The translations under genes and the position numbers were made by a program. Shown here in pieces: positions 54,406 to 62,388 of a stretch of DNA of 62,388 bases. The stretch spans positions 1-62,388 of IMG/VR virus record IMGVR_UViG_3300010376_000037. One strand, written 5' to 3'. Each line of letters begins with the position of its first letter. Positions within the stretch are counted from its first letter, which is position 1. Origin of the DNA: a virus. Lineage: Duplodnaviria > Caudoviricetes. The notes under the pieces were generated by a model. That model saw only the letters and a list, made by a program, of their open reading frames with translations. It was not told where the DNA came from and did not search any database.

Positions 54406-54962
54406 GGCGCCGGAAACACCGTCGCGGTGGCGCGTTGCAGGATGAGCGTTTCCGTGCTGAGCCCGAGCGTGCCATTGATGTTGATATACTGATCGACCGT
54501 CGTATCAGCGGCACCAGCAGATGGACCGCTGGTTAGCGAGCCGAACGGATTGCCGGCGCCCTGTCCCGAGAGATAGATTATTTGCGCATTGGCGGCGTTG
54601 TTATTCCTGAATATGACCAGAAGCTGCGATGCCGCAGTGGTGTTGGCTTGCATCATAACCAACCCCCACGCAGTGGTGCTACCTGCCGGTCCAAAGCGCG
54701 CCGTCATCGTCTTGAGGTTGACGCTGTTTGGATAGGACCACAGCGTCCGGAGTTCGATCACGCCGTTCTTACCCATGCTGCCGGCTGGAATGCGCAGGCT
54801 CGCGAGGTTGGTTTCGGCCGTCGTCCCGGTGAGGTTGACCGGTCCGGTGGTTGACACCACGACGCCGCCGGAGCCGCCGCCCACGCCGGGGAACGTAACC
54901 AGCTGCGCCAGCGCAGGGGCACTGACGACCATCACCGCAGCGATGAGCGCGCGGCGCATCAT
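54402..54962 (-). CDS. Signal-peptide protein, paralog of both neighbours
   Basis: MMRRALIAAVMVVSAPALA-Q; TGTTAETNLASLRIPAGSMGKNG. Confidence 0.75.
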   Translation of the reverse strand: MMRRALIAAVMVVSAPALAQLVTFPGVGGGSGGVVVSTTGPVNLTGTTAETNLASLRIPAGSMGKNGVIELRTLWSYPNSVNLKTMTARFGPAGSTTAWGLVMMQANTTAASQLLVIFRNNNAANAQIIYLSGQGAGNPFGSLTSGPSAGAADTTVDQYININGTLGLSTETLILQRATATVFPAP

Positions 54963-55516
54963 GGCGAGGAAAACACCACGACGGCGGCGTGTTGCAGGGT
55001 CAGCGTCTCGCCGGCCCCGGCAATCGAGCCGTCAATGTTCACGTAGCTGTCGGCAGTCGTATCGATATTATTCGTAAATGACGCAGAGGCCGACGTTCCG
55101 TAAGGCGCGAACATATTTGTGTTGAATGATACCTGTGCGTTCGTCGCGTTATTGTTGCCGAAAATCGCCAGACCCTGCGCCGTTGCCGCAGTTGTCTGCG
55201 CTGTGTTCGCAACCATGTTCAAACCAGTAAAGCCGGCCGCAGAGGCAAATCGGACCACGAAGGTCTTGCTGTTGGCGCTATTCGTAAAGGCCCACAGCAT
55301 CCGCACCTCGATCAATCCATTCTTGCCGATGGTATTGGCGGGTATTTTCAGCGCCGCGAAGTTGGTCTCGGTGACAATGCCGGTCAGCGTCACCGGCCCG
55401 GCCGTGGCGATGACGACTGCGCCACCCGCACCGCTGCCGGACGGCGCTTGTGTCACGAGCTGCGCGCTTGCCGAGAGCGGCATCAGCAACGCCGCTGCGA
55501 CAATGAGGTGCCGCAT
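54959..55516 (-). CDS. Signal-peptide protein, paralog of the two downstream genes
   Basis: MRHLIVAAALLMPLSASA-Q; TGIVTETNFAALKIPANTIGKNG. Confidence 0.75.
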   Translation of the reverse strand: MRHLIVAAALLMPLSASAQLVTQAPSGSGAGGAVVIATAGPVTLTGIVTETNFAALKIPANTIGKNGLIEVRMLWAFTNSANSKTFVVRFASAAGFTGLNMVANTAQTTAATAQGLAIFGNNNATNAQVSFNTNMFAPYGTSASASFTNNIDTTADSYVNIDGSIAGAGETLTLQHAAVVVFSSP

Positions 55517-57870
55517 CACACCCTCGCCGCCAGAAGGGTGATGCCGCAATCAGAAAGCGTCGCATCCTGACTGCTCGGGGCGAGCATCTGCAGCACATCG
55601 CCGATCGCCAGCGAACCGCCCGCGCCGGAGAGCGTGCAGCTGGTGTTAGAGGTCGAGGTGATCGTCACCGTGCCGAGCGCTGTCGTCGAACCGCCGGAGA
55701 TCTTGTTCAGCGTGAACACCGCCGACGCGGTCGCTTTGGTGTTGTCGTAGACCACCGTGCCGGCTAGGGCGCTCGGGATCGTCAGCGCCCACGGCATCGG
55801 GATGTTGACCATCTGGCTTGCCGCCGGCTTGCCGACGAACGGGAAACTCAGCGGCACCTGCTGTACCTCGGCCGGCAGCTGCGAGTAAGGAATGATACCG
55901 CCGCCCGTTCCGGTCGCCGTCAGCGTGCCGCTCGACAGCGCGAGACCGGCGCCGACGTTGTTCACCGCCCCCGCGTTCCACTGCACGCTGAGCGAGCCCG
56001 ACCCGGTGATTGTGCTCGGGGTCGCGGTGATGCCGGTGCTGCCGGTGGTGATGCTGGTGACCGTCCCGGCGCCGGCCGAGCCGGTGCTCGCCGCGGTCAG
56101 CCGGCCCTGCGCATCCACCGTAATGTTGGCATTGGTGTAGCTGCCGGCAGTCACCGCCGTGTTGGCCAGCGCCACTGTCCCGCTGGTGGTGATCGGGCCG
56201 CCGGAAAGCCCGGTCCCGGTCGCCACCGAGGTCACCGTGCCGTGCTCGGTCGAGCTGAGCGTGCCGCCGGATACCGACAGCCCGGCGCCGATCGTGGTGA
56301 CCGCGCCGCCGCGCCAGTCCGCCGACAGCGTGCCGGATGTGGTGATCGGGCCGCCGGAGAGGCCCGGCCCCGAGGCGACGTTGGTCACCGTGCCGGTGCC
56401 CGAGACGGTGCCGTTGGCGGCGTTGGTGATGCGCCCGTCGGCGCCCACGGTGATGTTGGCCAGCGTGTAGGTGCCGGCCGCGACCCCGCTCGCCGCCATG
56501 CTCGGGTTGGGGTAGCTGCCGGCCAGCGAGCCTCCAGCGGTGCCGGTAGGGGGCGCCCCGGTGACGCTCAGCGTGCCCGCCGCCAGCGACAGGCCGGTCC
56601 CCAGCGTGGTCGTGCTGCCGGCGTTCCACTGCACTGCCAGGGTGCCGGCCGCGGTGATCGGGCCGCCCGTGATGCCGGGCCCGGTGGTGGCGATGCTGGT
56701 GACGGTGCCGGTGCCGCCGCCGCCCCCCTTGGTGCTGCCGTTGGCGATCGCGGTGATCCGCCCGTCGGCGCTCACCGTGAGGTTGGTGTTGGTGTAGGCG
56801 CCGGCCGTGATGCCGGTGGTGGCAAGAGTCGGATTCGGATAGGTGCCCGCCAGCGAGCCGCCTGCGGGCCCGGTGGGCGAGCCCATCGCCAGGGCGGCAC
56901 CATTGGCCGCGCTGGTCAGCCGCCCCTTGGCGTCCACAGTGATCGAGGCGTTGGTGTAGCTGCCAGGGGTGACCGTGGTCGTCCCCAGCGCCGGGTTGGG
57001 GTAGGCCCCCACGAGGTCGCCGCCGGCCGGCCCGGAGGCGGTGGGAACCAGCCCGTTGGACGCCGACAGCACCCGCCCCTTCGTATCGAGCGTGAGCGTT
57101 GCCAGTGAGTAAGTGCCGGCCGCGACCCCGGTCAGGGCCAGCGTCGGGCTCGGGTAGCTGCCGGCGAGGTCGCCACCGGCCGGCCCGCTCGGCACCGACC
57201 CGCCGCCGGAGGCGCCGTTGGCCGCCGCGGTGATCCGGCCGTCCGCCCCGACCGTCAGGTTGGTGTTGCTGTAGGAGCCGGCCGCGACCCCGGTCGGACT
57301 CAGCCCCGGATTCGGATAAGTGCCCGCCAGGGCACCCCCGGCCGGGCCGATCGGCGGCCCTGGGCTATTCGTCGTTGCGGTATCGACATACTGCCGGGTA
57401 ACCGCCTGCAGCGGCGCAACGGGGTCGGCCGAGAGCGTCAGGCTGGCGCCCGGGCCCATCGTCACCGGCACCACGAAGGTGTCGCCGGTCGGGCTGAACA
57501 CCGCGTTCTTGGTGTGGTTGGTGTCGAGCTGCAGCGTATTCGCAGCCGGCGACCACAGGCCGGTACTGGTGCTGCCGACGGCGAGGCCAGGGTTAGCGTC
57601 ACTGCCGGCGGGGACGGTCAGCGGCCCCGACAGCACGCCGCCCGACAGCGGCAGCACCTGCACCCACGCGGCATTGACGCGGCCGTAGACGGCGCCATCA
57701 CGCGGCGCATCGTCGACCAGCCCGCCGATGGTCTGGCGGATCTGGTCGAGCGACAGCTGCCTCGTGTGCGGGTTCTGCCCTGGCTGCCACGCCAGCACGG
57801 TGTCGTCGGGCGTCGGGCTGATGGCGTCCGGAAGGTCGCCAACTTCCTCGACGAGAAGCAGGTCGCTCAT
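55516..57870 (-). CDS. Repetitive fibre protein
   Basis: Five GxAGGxLxGxYPxP..G.Y....TV...GR.T.A.NG repeats plus GTVTS..TG.GL.GGPIT repeats. Confidence 0.8.
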   Translation of the reverse strand: MSDLLLVEEVGDLPDAISPTPDDTVLAWQPGQNPHTRQLSLDQIRQTIGGLVDDAPRDGAVYGRVNAAWVQVLPLSGGVLSGPLTVPAGSDANPGLAVGSTSTGLWSPAANTLQLDTNHTKNAVFSPTGDTFVVPVTMGPGASLTLSADPVAPLQAVTRQYVDTATTNSPGPPIGPAGGALAGTYPNPGLSPTGVAAGSYSNTNLTVGADGRITAAANGASGGGSVPSGPAGGDLAGSYPSPTLALTGVAAGTYSLATLTLDTKGRVLSASNGLVPTASGPAGGDLVGAYPNPALGTTTVTPGSYTNASITVDAKGRLTSAANGAALAMGSPTGPAGGSLAGTYPNPTLATTGITAGAYTNTNLTVSADGRITAIANGSTKGGGGGTGTVTSIATTGPGITGGPITAAGTLAVQWNAGSTTTLGTGLSLAAGTLSVTGAPPTGTAGGSLAGSYPNPSMAASGVAAGTYTLANITVGADGRITNAANGTVSGTGTVTNVASGPGLSGGPITTSGTLSADWRGGAVTTIGAGLSVSGGTLSSTEHGTVTSVATGTGLSGGPITTSGTVALANTAVTAGSYTNANITVDAQGRLTAASTGSAGAGTVTSITTGSTGITATPSTITGSGSLSVQWNAGAVNNVGAGLALSSGTLTATGTGGGIIPYSQLPAEVQQVPLSFPFVGKPAASQMVNIPMPWALTIPSALAGTVVYDNTKATASAVFTLNKISGGSTTALGTVTITSTSNTSCTLSGAGGSLAIGDVLQMLAPSSQDATLSDCGITLLAARV

Positions 57871-58421
57871 CGGTTGCCTGACAGCAGATCGCCGAGGTTG
57901 TCGACGATCGGCGCCTGATTGGCGTCGTTGGCGATGAAGGGGGGCAGGTCGCTCGCGCCCAGCCTAAGCACCGTATTCTCGATCGGATCACCGATATTGC
58001 CGCCGACGGTATACGGCAGCACCGGGGTCAGCAGCAGCTGGTTGCCGATGATACCAATCACGGTGGGATAATAGTTCTCGCCGTTGTCCAGCATCACCGC
58101 GACCCTGTCGTTGACGTTGAAGCCGGAAGTGTCGGCCACCGTCACGGCGCGGGTCAGGCGGTCGGAGAAGGCGGTGACGAAGCTGGCGACGACGGTGAAG
58201 CGGTTGGGCTGCCGCGGCCGGGTCTCGGGGACCACCTGACTGTCGGGCTCGCCGCGCACGAAGTCCTGCGGGTGCTGGTTCTCCCAGCGCTCCCTGGCCA
58301 CCAGCATGCCGCCGGTCTGGCCGCCCGGGATGCGCCGGACCTGCGAGTGCTTCAGCCGGAAGCCGGAGAAGTCGTCGATGACGTTCCAGTCACCGGGTTT
58401 GTAGTAAGTCCCGTACGGCAT
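57867..58421 (-). CDS. Conserved virion-module protein
   Basis: YYKPGDWNVIDDFSGF..WENQHPQDFVRG. Confidence 0.7.
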   Translation of the reverse strand: MPYGTYYKPGDWNVIDDFSGFRLKHSQVRRIPGGQTGGMLVARERWENQHPQDFVRGEPDSQVVPETRPRQPNRFTVVASFVTAFSDRLTRAVTVADTSGFNVNDRVAVMLDNGENYYPTVIGIIGNQLLLTPVLPYTVGGNIGDPIENTVLRLGASDLPPFIANDANQAPIVDNLGDLLSGNR

Positions 58422-58436
58422 CGGCCACCTCCGTCA

Positions 58437-58874
58437 TCACGACTGCGGCACGTTCTTGGTGAAGGTGGCGATCACCGAGTAAGTAGAGTTTGCCACTGCG
58501 CCCAGCGTGGTGAACAGGATCGAGCCGGTGGCACCGGTCATGCCGATCGGCGGCGTCAGGCCGCCGAAGCCGCCGCGCTCGTTGAGGAAGCGCCAGTGAT
58601 CGGTGCCGGCCAGCGTCAGCATGTCGACGTTCGGTGTGCCCTGCCAGATCAGCCGCAGCGACATCGTCCCCAAGGTGAATTTGATCTCGGTCAGCGCCAG
58701 ATGGATGCCGGGATAGACCAGCTGGCCCTGGAAGCGCACGCCGAGCAAGCCGGTCGCGGTGGCATCGATCTTGACTACGCCGGCCTCACCCGTGGCGTCG
58801 CTCACATTGGTGAACTTGCCGACAGCAAACCTCGGACCGTTCTCCAGCCATTGCGATGTTACAGCGTCTGCCAA
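58437..58874 (-). CDS. Virion structural protein
   Basis: ADAVTSQ..KFTNVSDATGEAGVVKID. Confidence 0.7.
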   Translation of the reverse strand: MADAVTSQWLENGPRFAVGKFTNVSDATGEAGVVKIDATATGLLGVRFQGQLVYPGIHLALTEIKFTLGTMSLRLIWQGTPNVDMLTLAGTDHWRFLNERGGFGGLTPPIGMTGATGSILFTTLGAVANSTYSVIATFTKNVPQS

Positions 58875-58876
58875 AG

Positions 58877-60322
58877 CTATCGTCTCCGCCTAGCGGTCAG
58901 CGCGCCATACGCGGTGCACGTCCCGCCCGAGAACGTCGCTATCACCGACATGTAGTGCGAGGTCGTAGAGCCAATCACGGTCCGATACTGCCCCATCGGA
59001 AAGTTCTGTCCGCTCACAACAGAGGCCGGCCCCACGACATAAGCGCCATTATTGGGCGTGCCAGGATCGGTCGCCGACACGGTATGTATCCACCCCCTGA
59101 CCCCGGAGATCGATGTCGCCGTCCCGCCAATGAAGAAGCAGCCCTGCACATCCCAGTCGCCAGCGGTTAAGTTGATCAGCCCGCAATTGGCGATGACGCC
59201 CGTCGTGAGGTTGGTAGCAGAGCCGGTGTTGGTATAGCTGAACAGGTGCTCGCCAACCTGCCCGGCCAGTGGCTGCGTGCCGCCGTTCGATCCGGCAATG
59301 GCAACGCCATATCCCGGCACGCTCGCCGACAGCACCGCCGCCGTCGTGGCGTTCGCGCCCGGTGTGACAATCAGCGCGTTTGGTGTGCCTGTCGCATTGG
59401 TGAACTGGAACCCGCCGGTTCCGCTCTGTTGCAGCTGTATCGGGCTTGTCAGTGCGACAGGCGTACTAACCTGAAATATCTGCCCGCCCGAAGCATTGTT
59501 GAAATTGACGACGCCGCGAGTGCCTGCACCGGTTCCGGCCGTGAGCGTGACGTTGCCGCCGCCGCCGCCGGTCCCGTTACCGTTGCCGGCGTTCAGGACT
59601 ACGTCGCCTCCCTTGTTACTTGCTCCGCTGGCGTTACCGGCGACGAATTGTAACCTGCCGGCGTTTGGGCCGCTGCCGGCATTGATGTAAACACTGGCGC
59701 CGGCAATGCTGGCAGATGACGCGTCCGCCGCCGCGCCAGTCAATGCAATGTAATCCGGCGTTACACCTGCTGCCACTGCAACGGGTTGCCACTGCAACCC
59801 GCCGACCCGCGACAGGTATAGCCCGTTCTGCTGTGGCGACCCGTCATCGTTCCACGGCCTTACCAGGAAATTAGTTCCGCTATTGCCGCCGTTCTCGGCG
59901 TCGGTGCCGCCGAACTCCTGCGACCAGCGTGTCTTACCTTGCTTGCGCCCCTCCCAGTAACCCGCCTGATTGCTGAGGGGACCGCTCTCGGTGATGATCG
60001 ACGGCCAGTCGCCCGAGGTCGCTGCAATATACAGGGCCGGCCCGGTCGGGTTGTTGATGGTGACAGTGGTCGCAGTGACCGACCCGGTCGAAGATGAGAT
60101 CTGAACCCAGGACGCGTTGTGGCGACCATACGTCGCGCCGTCAGTCGGCGCGTCGGTCAGGTACTCCACCCTCTCGCCGGTATCGTAGCTGTAGAACGGA
60201 CCACCGACCCCGTTCGGGAACCACGTCGGCGCCAAGCCGCCGCCCTCCGGTACCGACGCGGGCTCAGGCTGCAGCTTGTGCTGCGCCTTGGTGCGGCGGT
60301 TGCGGATCGATTCGGTGGTCAT
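58877..60322 (-). CDS. Fibre-like virion protein
   Basis: DAPTDGATYGR motif (shared with the 784-aa fibre), Gly-rich repeats, LTAGDWDV..LTARRRR end. Confidence 0.7.
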   Translation of the reverse strand: MTTESIRNRRTKAQHKLQPEPASVPEGGGLAPTWFPNGVGGPFYSYDTGERVEYLTDAPTDGATYGRHNASWVQISSSTGSVTATTVTINNPTGPALYIAATSGDWPSIITESGPLSNQAGYWEGRKQGKTRWSQEFGGTDAENGGNSGTNFLVRPWNDDGSPQQNGLYLSRVGGLQWQPVAVAAGVTPDYIALTGAAADASSASIAGASVYINAGSGPNAGRLQFVAGNASGASNKGGDVVLNAGNGNGTGGGGGNVTLTAGTGAGTRGVVNFNNASGGQIFQVSTPVALTSPIQLQQSGTGGFQFTNATGTPNALIVTPGANATTAAVLSASVPGYGVAIAGSNGGTQPLAGQVGEHLFSYTNTGSATNLTTGVIANCGLINLTAGDWDVQGCFFIGGTATSISGVRGWIHTVSATDPGTPNNGAYVVGPASVVSGQNFPMGQYRTVIGSTTSHYMSVIATFSGGTCTAYGALTARRRR

Positions 60323-60331
60323 GCGGCGCGC

Positions 60332-60655
60332 CTACTGCGTAGCCATCGTCACGATGATGTATTGCTGCGACGCGGTCGGCGTGATCGGCGTCGCCGTCGC
60401 GTTCAAGAAGGTGATGCCGATATTGCCAGCGCTCGACACCCGGGCGCCGACGATGCCGAGCCCGGCCTGCGCCGTCGGCTTGTTGATCTGCGCCACGTAG
60501 TCGGTGGCCAGCACGCCGGTCACCGGGAAGATCTGCTCGGCCGTGGTGTTCGCCGCGACCTGGGCCGGCGACAGCGTCACCTTGCTGATCTTCGGCCCGA
60601 AGATGAAGTTGCCCATCGAGGCGATGCCGTTCGGGAAATTGGTAGGCTTAGCCAT
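60332..60655 (-). CDS. Small virion (head-associated) protein
   Basis: PTNFPNG start, beta-rich; close to the capsid gene. Confidence 0.65.
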   Translation of the reverse strand: MAKPTNFPNGIASMGNFIFGPKISKVTLSPAQVAANTTAEQIFPVTGVLATDYVAQINKPTAQAGLGIVGARVSSAGNIGITFLNATATPITPTASQQYIIVTMATQ

Positions 60656-61226
60656 CGGTTCCTCCGCACACTCTGAAGGTTCGGATGTCGATCACCATGG
60701 CGATGCGGTCTTCCTGGCTGTGGTTGTTGACCCCGTGCACCGCGCGGTTGTCGAACCACCAGATCGAACCCGGCTCCATCTGCACCCGCTCGTCGCCGGC
60801 ATAGAATACCACGCCGTCCTGCGCCTGCAGCGACAGCTGGTAGCGCTCATAGTAGGCAGCCGGCGCCCCCTCGTCGGCGTGTGCGGTGATCGCGCCACCG
60901 GGCGGCAGGCGGGTGATCACCACCCTCCCCAGGCGCTCGCCGTGCACCCGCGCCATCAGGCCGAAGATGATCGGAATAGCGTGCGACAGCTGGGCCGCGG
61001 CCGGGTAGTTCACGCAGTCGAGGCTGTTGAACACCGTGTCGTGGAAGTCATCGATGCCGGGATCGTAGCTGTTGAACCGCAGCAGGATGTCGTCGGCCTG
61101 GGCATGCGGCGAGCCCTGCCGTTCAGTGCGCAGCCGGTTGGCGTTCCACAGCTCGGGCTGCGTCTGCAGCTGGTGCAGCAGCGGCAGTGGATCGATTCCG
61201 CTGGCGATCTGCTGGAAGAAGCGCAT
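60648..61226 (-). CDS. Aspartyl/asparaginyl beta-hydroxylase-like 2OG-Fe(II) oxygenase
   Basis: RVVITRLPPGGAITAHAD..GSIWWFDNRAVHGVNN..DRIAMVID (HxD...H triad). Confidence 0.85.
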   Translation of the reverse strand: MRFFQQIASGIDPLPLLHQLQTQPELWNANRLRTERQGSPHAQADDILLRFNSYDPGIDDFHDTVFNSLDCVNYPAAAQLSHAIPIIFGLMARVHGERLGRVVITRLPPGGAITAHADEGAPAAYYERYQLSLQAQDGVVFYAGDERVQMEPGSIWWFDNRAVHGVNNHSQEDRIAMVIDIRTFRVCGGTDG

Positions 61227-61303
61227 CAACCGCCCTTCTTGCCGCCCTTTCCCTTGCCGCCCTTGTCACCTTTCTTGGTGAAGGGCGGCGGCTTCCTCGC
61301 CAT
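61226..61303 (-). CDS. 25-aa Lys/Gly-rich micropeptide
   Basis: MARKPPPFTKKGDKGGKGKGGKKGG; RBS GGGAG; TGATG coupling to the hydroxylase. Confidence 0.6.
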   Translation of the reverse strand: MARKPPPFTKKGDKGGKGKGGKKGG

Positions 61304-61304
61304 G

Positions 61305-62210
61305 TCAAACTCCCTGATTTCCGTAGATCGCCCGCCAGTCGGCCCAGAACCCGCTGTAGCGCTCGTAGCACGCCGCCTTCGCATTCTTGGTGTCGAAGTC
61401 GTTGTCCTGGTCGAAGGCGATCCCGTCGCGCTCGAAATACGTCAGCCCGTTCGGGATGTTGGTGCGGATGAAGTAAGCGGTGGCGCTGGTGAAGTAGTGG
61501 TTCACCTTGATGCCGCGCGGGAAAGTCCCCACCGCGCGCAGCACGTTGATCGCGTTGTTCGCGGTGTCGTTCTGCAGCACCGAATTGTAAATCCGGTTGG
61601 CCTCGAACCACAGCTGCGGCGGCACATGCAGCGACATCGGCAGGCCGGAAATCCGCATGCCGCGGTTGTTCTGCATCTGCATGACCTGGATCACCAGATC
61701 CTCGATCGCCACCTCGCTGATGTCGGCGGCGACCCCGAGATTGCTCTGGGTGCCCGACAGCGTCGGATGCGCGTTGCTGATCAGCGACTGACCGTCGGCG
61801 CCGAGCGATGAACCGCTGAACGCGAGGTTATAGAGCCCCGCCAGCACGTTCTCCTTGGTCTGCCGCATTGAAAATGCCAGCTGCGCCGCGCGCCGCTTGG
61901 AGACCACCTCGTAGAGATCGTCGCGCAGCTCTTCGTAAGTCACGATGTAGCCCAGCGCATAGGCCACGTGGGTGAACCGGCTGACCGGGCCCTGCACCTC
62001 GATGTCGTAGAAGATCGACGAGCCCTGCGGCTTCACCGGAGCCAAACCGAATCCGGTGATCTCGACCTCCTCTTCGTACGCCTTGTCCGAGGTCTGCCGG
62101 TCGAACAGGTCCAGATACTCGACCGGATGCTCGTCGTAGGACCGGCCCCAGAACGCCTTGATCCCCGGCCACAGCGCCTTGGGATGCGAACCAGTAGTGA
62201 TAACGGCCAT
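61305..62210 (-). CDS. Major capsid protein (HK97 fold, Mu gpT-like family)
   Basis: MAVITTGSHPKALWPG..SDKAYEE..GFGLAPVK..YALGYIVT..GADG..HP..NAINV..ERYSGFWADWRAIYG. Confidence 0.85.
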   Translation of the reverse strand: MAVITTGSHPKALWPGIKAFWGRSYDEHPVEYLDLFDRQTSDKAYEEEVEITGFGLAPVKPQGSSIFYDIEVQGPVSRFTHVAYALGYIVTYEELRDDLYEVVSKRRAAQLAFSMRQTKENVLAGLYNLAFSGSSLGADGQSLISNAHPTLSGTQSNLGVAADISEVAIEDLVIQVMQMQNNRGMRISGLPMSLHVPPQLWFEANRIYNSVLQNDTANNAINVLRAVGTFPRGIKVNHYFTSATAYFIRTNIPNGLTYFERDGIAFDQDNDFDTKNAKAACYERYSGFWADWRAIYGNQGV

Positions 62211-62222
62211 TGTCGCTCTCCC

Positions 62223-62388
62223 CTATACGCCCAGTGCCGCGGTCCACGGGTGGATGCCCTGGTTGATACGCACCAACCAGTCGCCGTAGCCGCCGACCGC
62301 GTTCCCCGGCTGCTGGTAGAGCTGGACGATGCGCAGCTGGTGCGCTGCCGTGGTGGCGAGCGACGCGGTCGACAGCTGCCACCCGGAG
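62223..62388 (-). CDS. Capsid decoration/cement-like protein (5' end outside the window)
   Basis: ..SGWQLSTASLATTAAHQLRIVQLYQQPGNAVGGYGDWLVRINQGIHPWTAALGV-stop, directly upstream of the capsid gene. Confidence 0.55.
   Translation of the reverse strand, partial: SGWQLSTASLATTAAHQLRIVQLYQQPGNAVGGYGDWLVRINQGIHPWTAALGV

Noticed and set aside
55516-57870. Nucleotide repeats as a non-coding array
   Set aside because: They are explained by in-frame fibre protein repeats.
33787-62388. Long plus-strand ORFs across the structural module
   Set aside because: GC-rich antisense shadows without motifs. Only the HNH gene and possibly 34715-34954 were kept.
1-62388. Integrase, portal, DNA polymerase, endolysin, tRNA or rRNA genes
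   Set aside because: None recognised by eye. Portal and scaffold genes probably lie beyond the window edges, so lifestyle cannot be determined.

Overview
GC-rich tailed-phage DNA, probably most of one circularly permuted podovirus-like genome with a P22-like tail and ejection module. An alphaproteobacterial host is my inference only. From right to left on the minus strand lie a capsid decoration gene (partial), major capsid protein, fibre and adhesin genes, head-tail adaptor, gp10-like tail hub, ejection proteins and a tail-collar protein (62388 to 33787). The centre (15845-33773) holds early, replication and recombination genes: SF2 helicase, RepA-like AAA helicase, RuvC-like resolvase, a probable annealing protein and small cassette genes with shared leaders. 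On the left, about 14 kb of accessory DNA separates terS (15314-15802) from terL (1-1422, truncated and absent from the ORF track). The main result lies in that island. A 451-aa protein with an IS110/Nop-type RNA-binding domain and no visible nuclease domain (7128-8483) is accompanied by four co-oriented arrays with an 18/36-nt period, built from two alternating 10-nt repeats and about 8-nt variable spacers, roughly 55 units in total. This matches TIGR-Tas (TasA-type) RNA-guided systems, here in a dispersed multi-array form upstream of GNAT/ADP-ribosyltransferase and glycosylase-like genes. All family calls are by-eye motif recognition, with no database searches. I recognised no portal, integrase, DNA polymerase, endolysin, tRNA or CRISPR array.
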